The notes beneath the pieces were generated by a model that made no database searches, had not been told where the DNA came from, and worked only from the letters and a program-made list of their open reading frames with translations. From Candidatus Undinarchaeales archaeon (lineage in GTDB: Archaea > SpSt-1190 > JASMDC01), in the NCBI GenBank assembly GCA_030753015.1, contig JASMDC010000030.1, forward strand, positions 1-43,225: a stretch of 43,225 bases of DNA, in the 5' to 3' direction. Of this stretch, positions 43,102 through 43,225 are shown one piece after another (position 1 is the stretch's first letter; every line of letters starts with the position of its first letter). Position numbers and translations under genes: made by a program.

Positions 43102-43225
43102 ACCGTCGACAGTAGGACATCCCGGGCGTTTTCACCGCCCGGGGGATTTGTAGAGTCCGGATATTTTTTCGCTCGAGCTTTCCTGGACTCTTGTCGCAAA
43201 TAACCATGTAGTTCAGTCCTCCCTT

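Overview
GC-rich, gene-dense prokaryotic window that looks archaeal. Evidence: BRE/TATA boxes about 25 nt upstream of many start codons (consistent with leaderless mRNAs), GGTGA/GGAGG ribosome-binding sites inside operons, a TrmB regulator, an archaeal-type 8-oxoG glycosylase, a class III (archaeal prepilin-like) signal peptide and a DPANN/CPR-style Cys repeat. Left end: rnfCDGEA operon with a divergent ApbE flavin transferase, three tandem paralogous small proteins and an HxlR regulator. Centre (7.9-33.7 kb, all minus strand): a large secretion/attack island. It carries a bacterial-type SecA under an archaeal promoter, a prepilin-like protein, a Cys-rich surface protein, an 1887-aa surface protein with M23 peptidase and lytic-transglycosylase-like (peptidoglycan-degrading) domains, and an 8-gene protease operon (transglutaminase-like, subtilase, three clostripains, an HEXXH metalloprotease). 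Most striking: five proteases of three unrelated folds (C11, S8, M14) share an N-terminal leader ending in IDxGDYx[VI]xLP, suggesting an undescribed targeting/display module grafted onto different cargo enzymes. Right end: TrmB, GNAT, Nudix-Ogg-DUF523, TPR, a second transglutaminase-like paralogue, PHP and parvulin. No rRNA, tRNA, CRISPR or transposase recognised. All calls come from motif recognition by eye; no searches were run.
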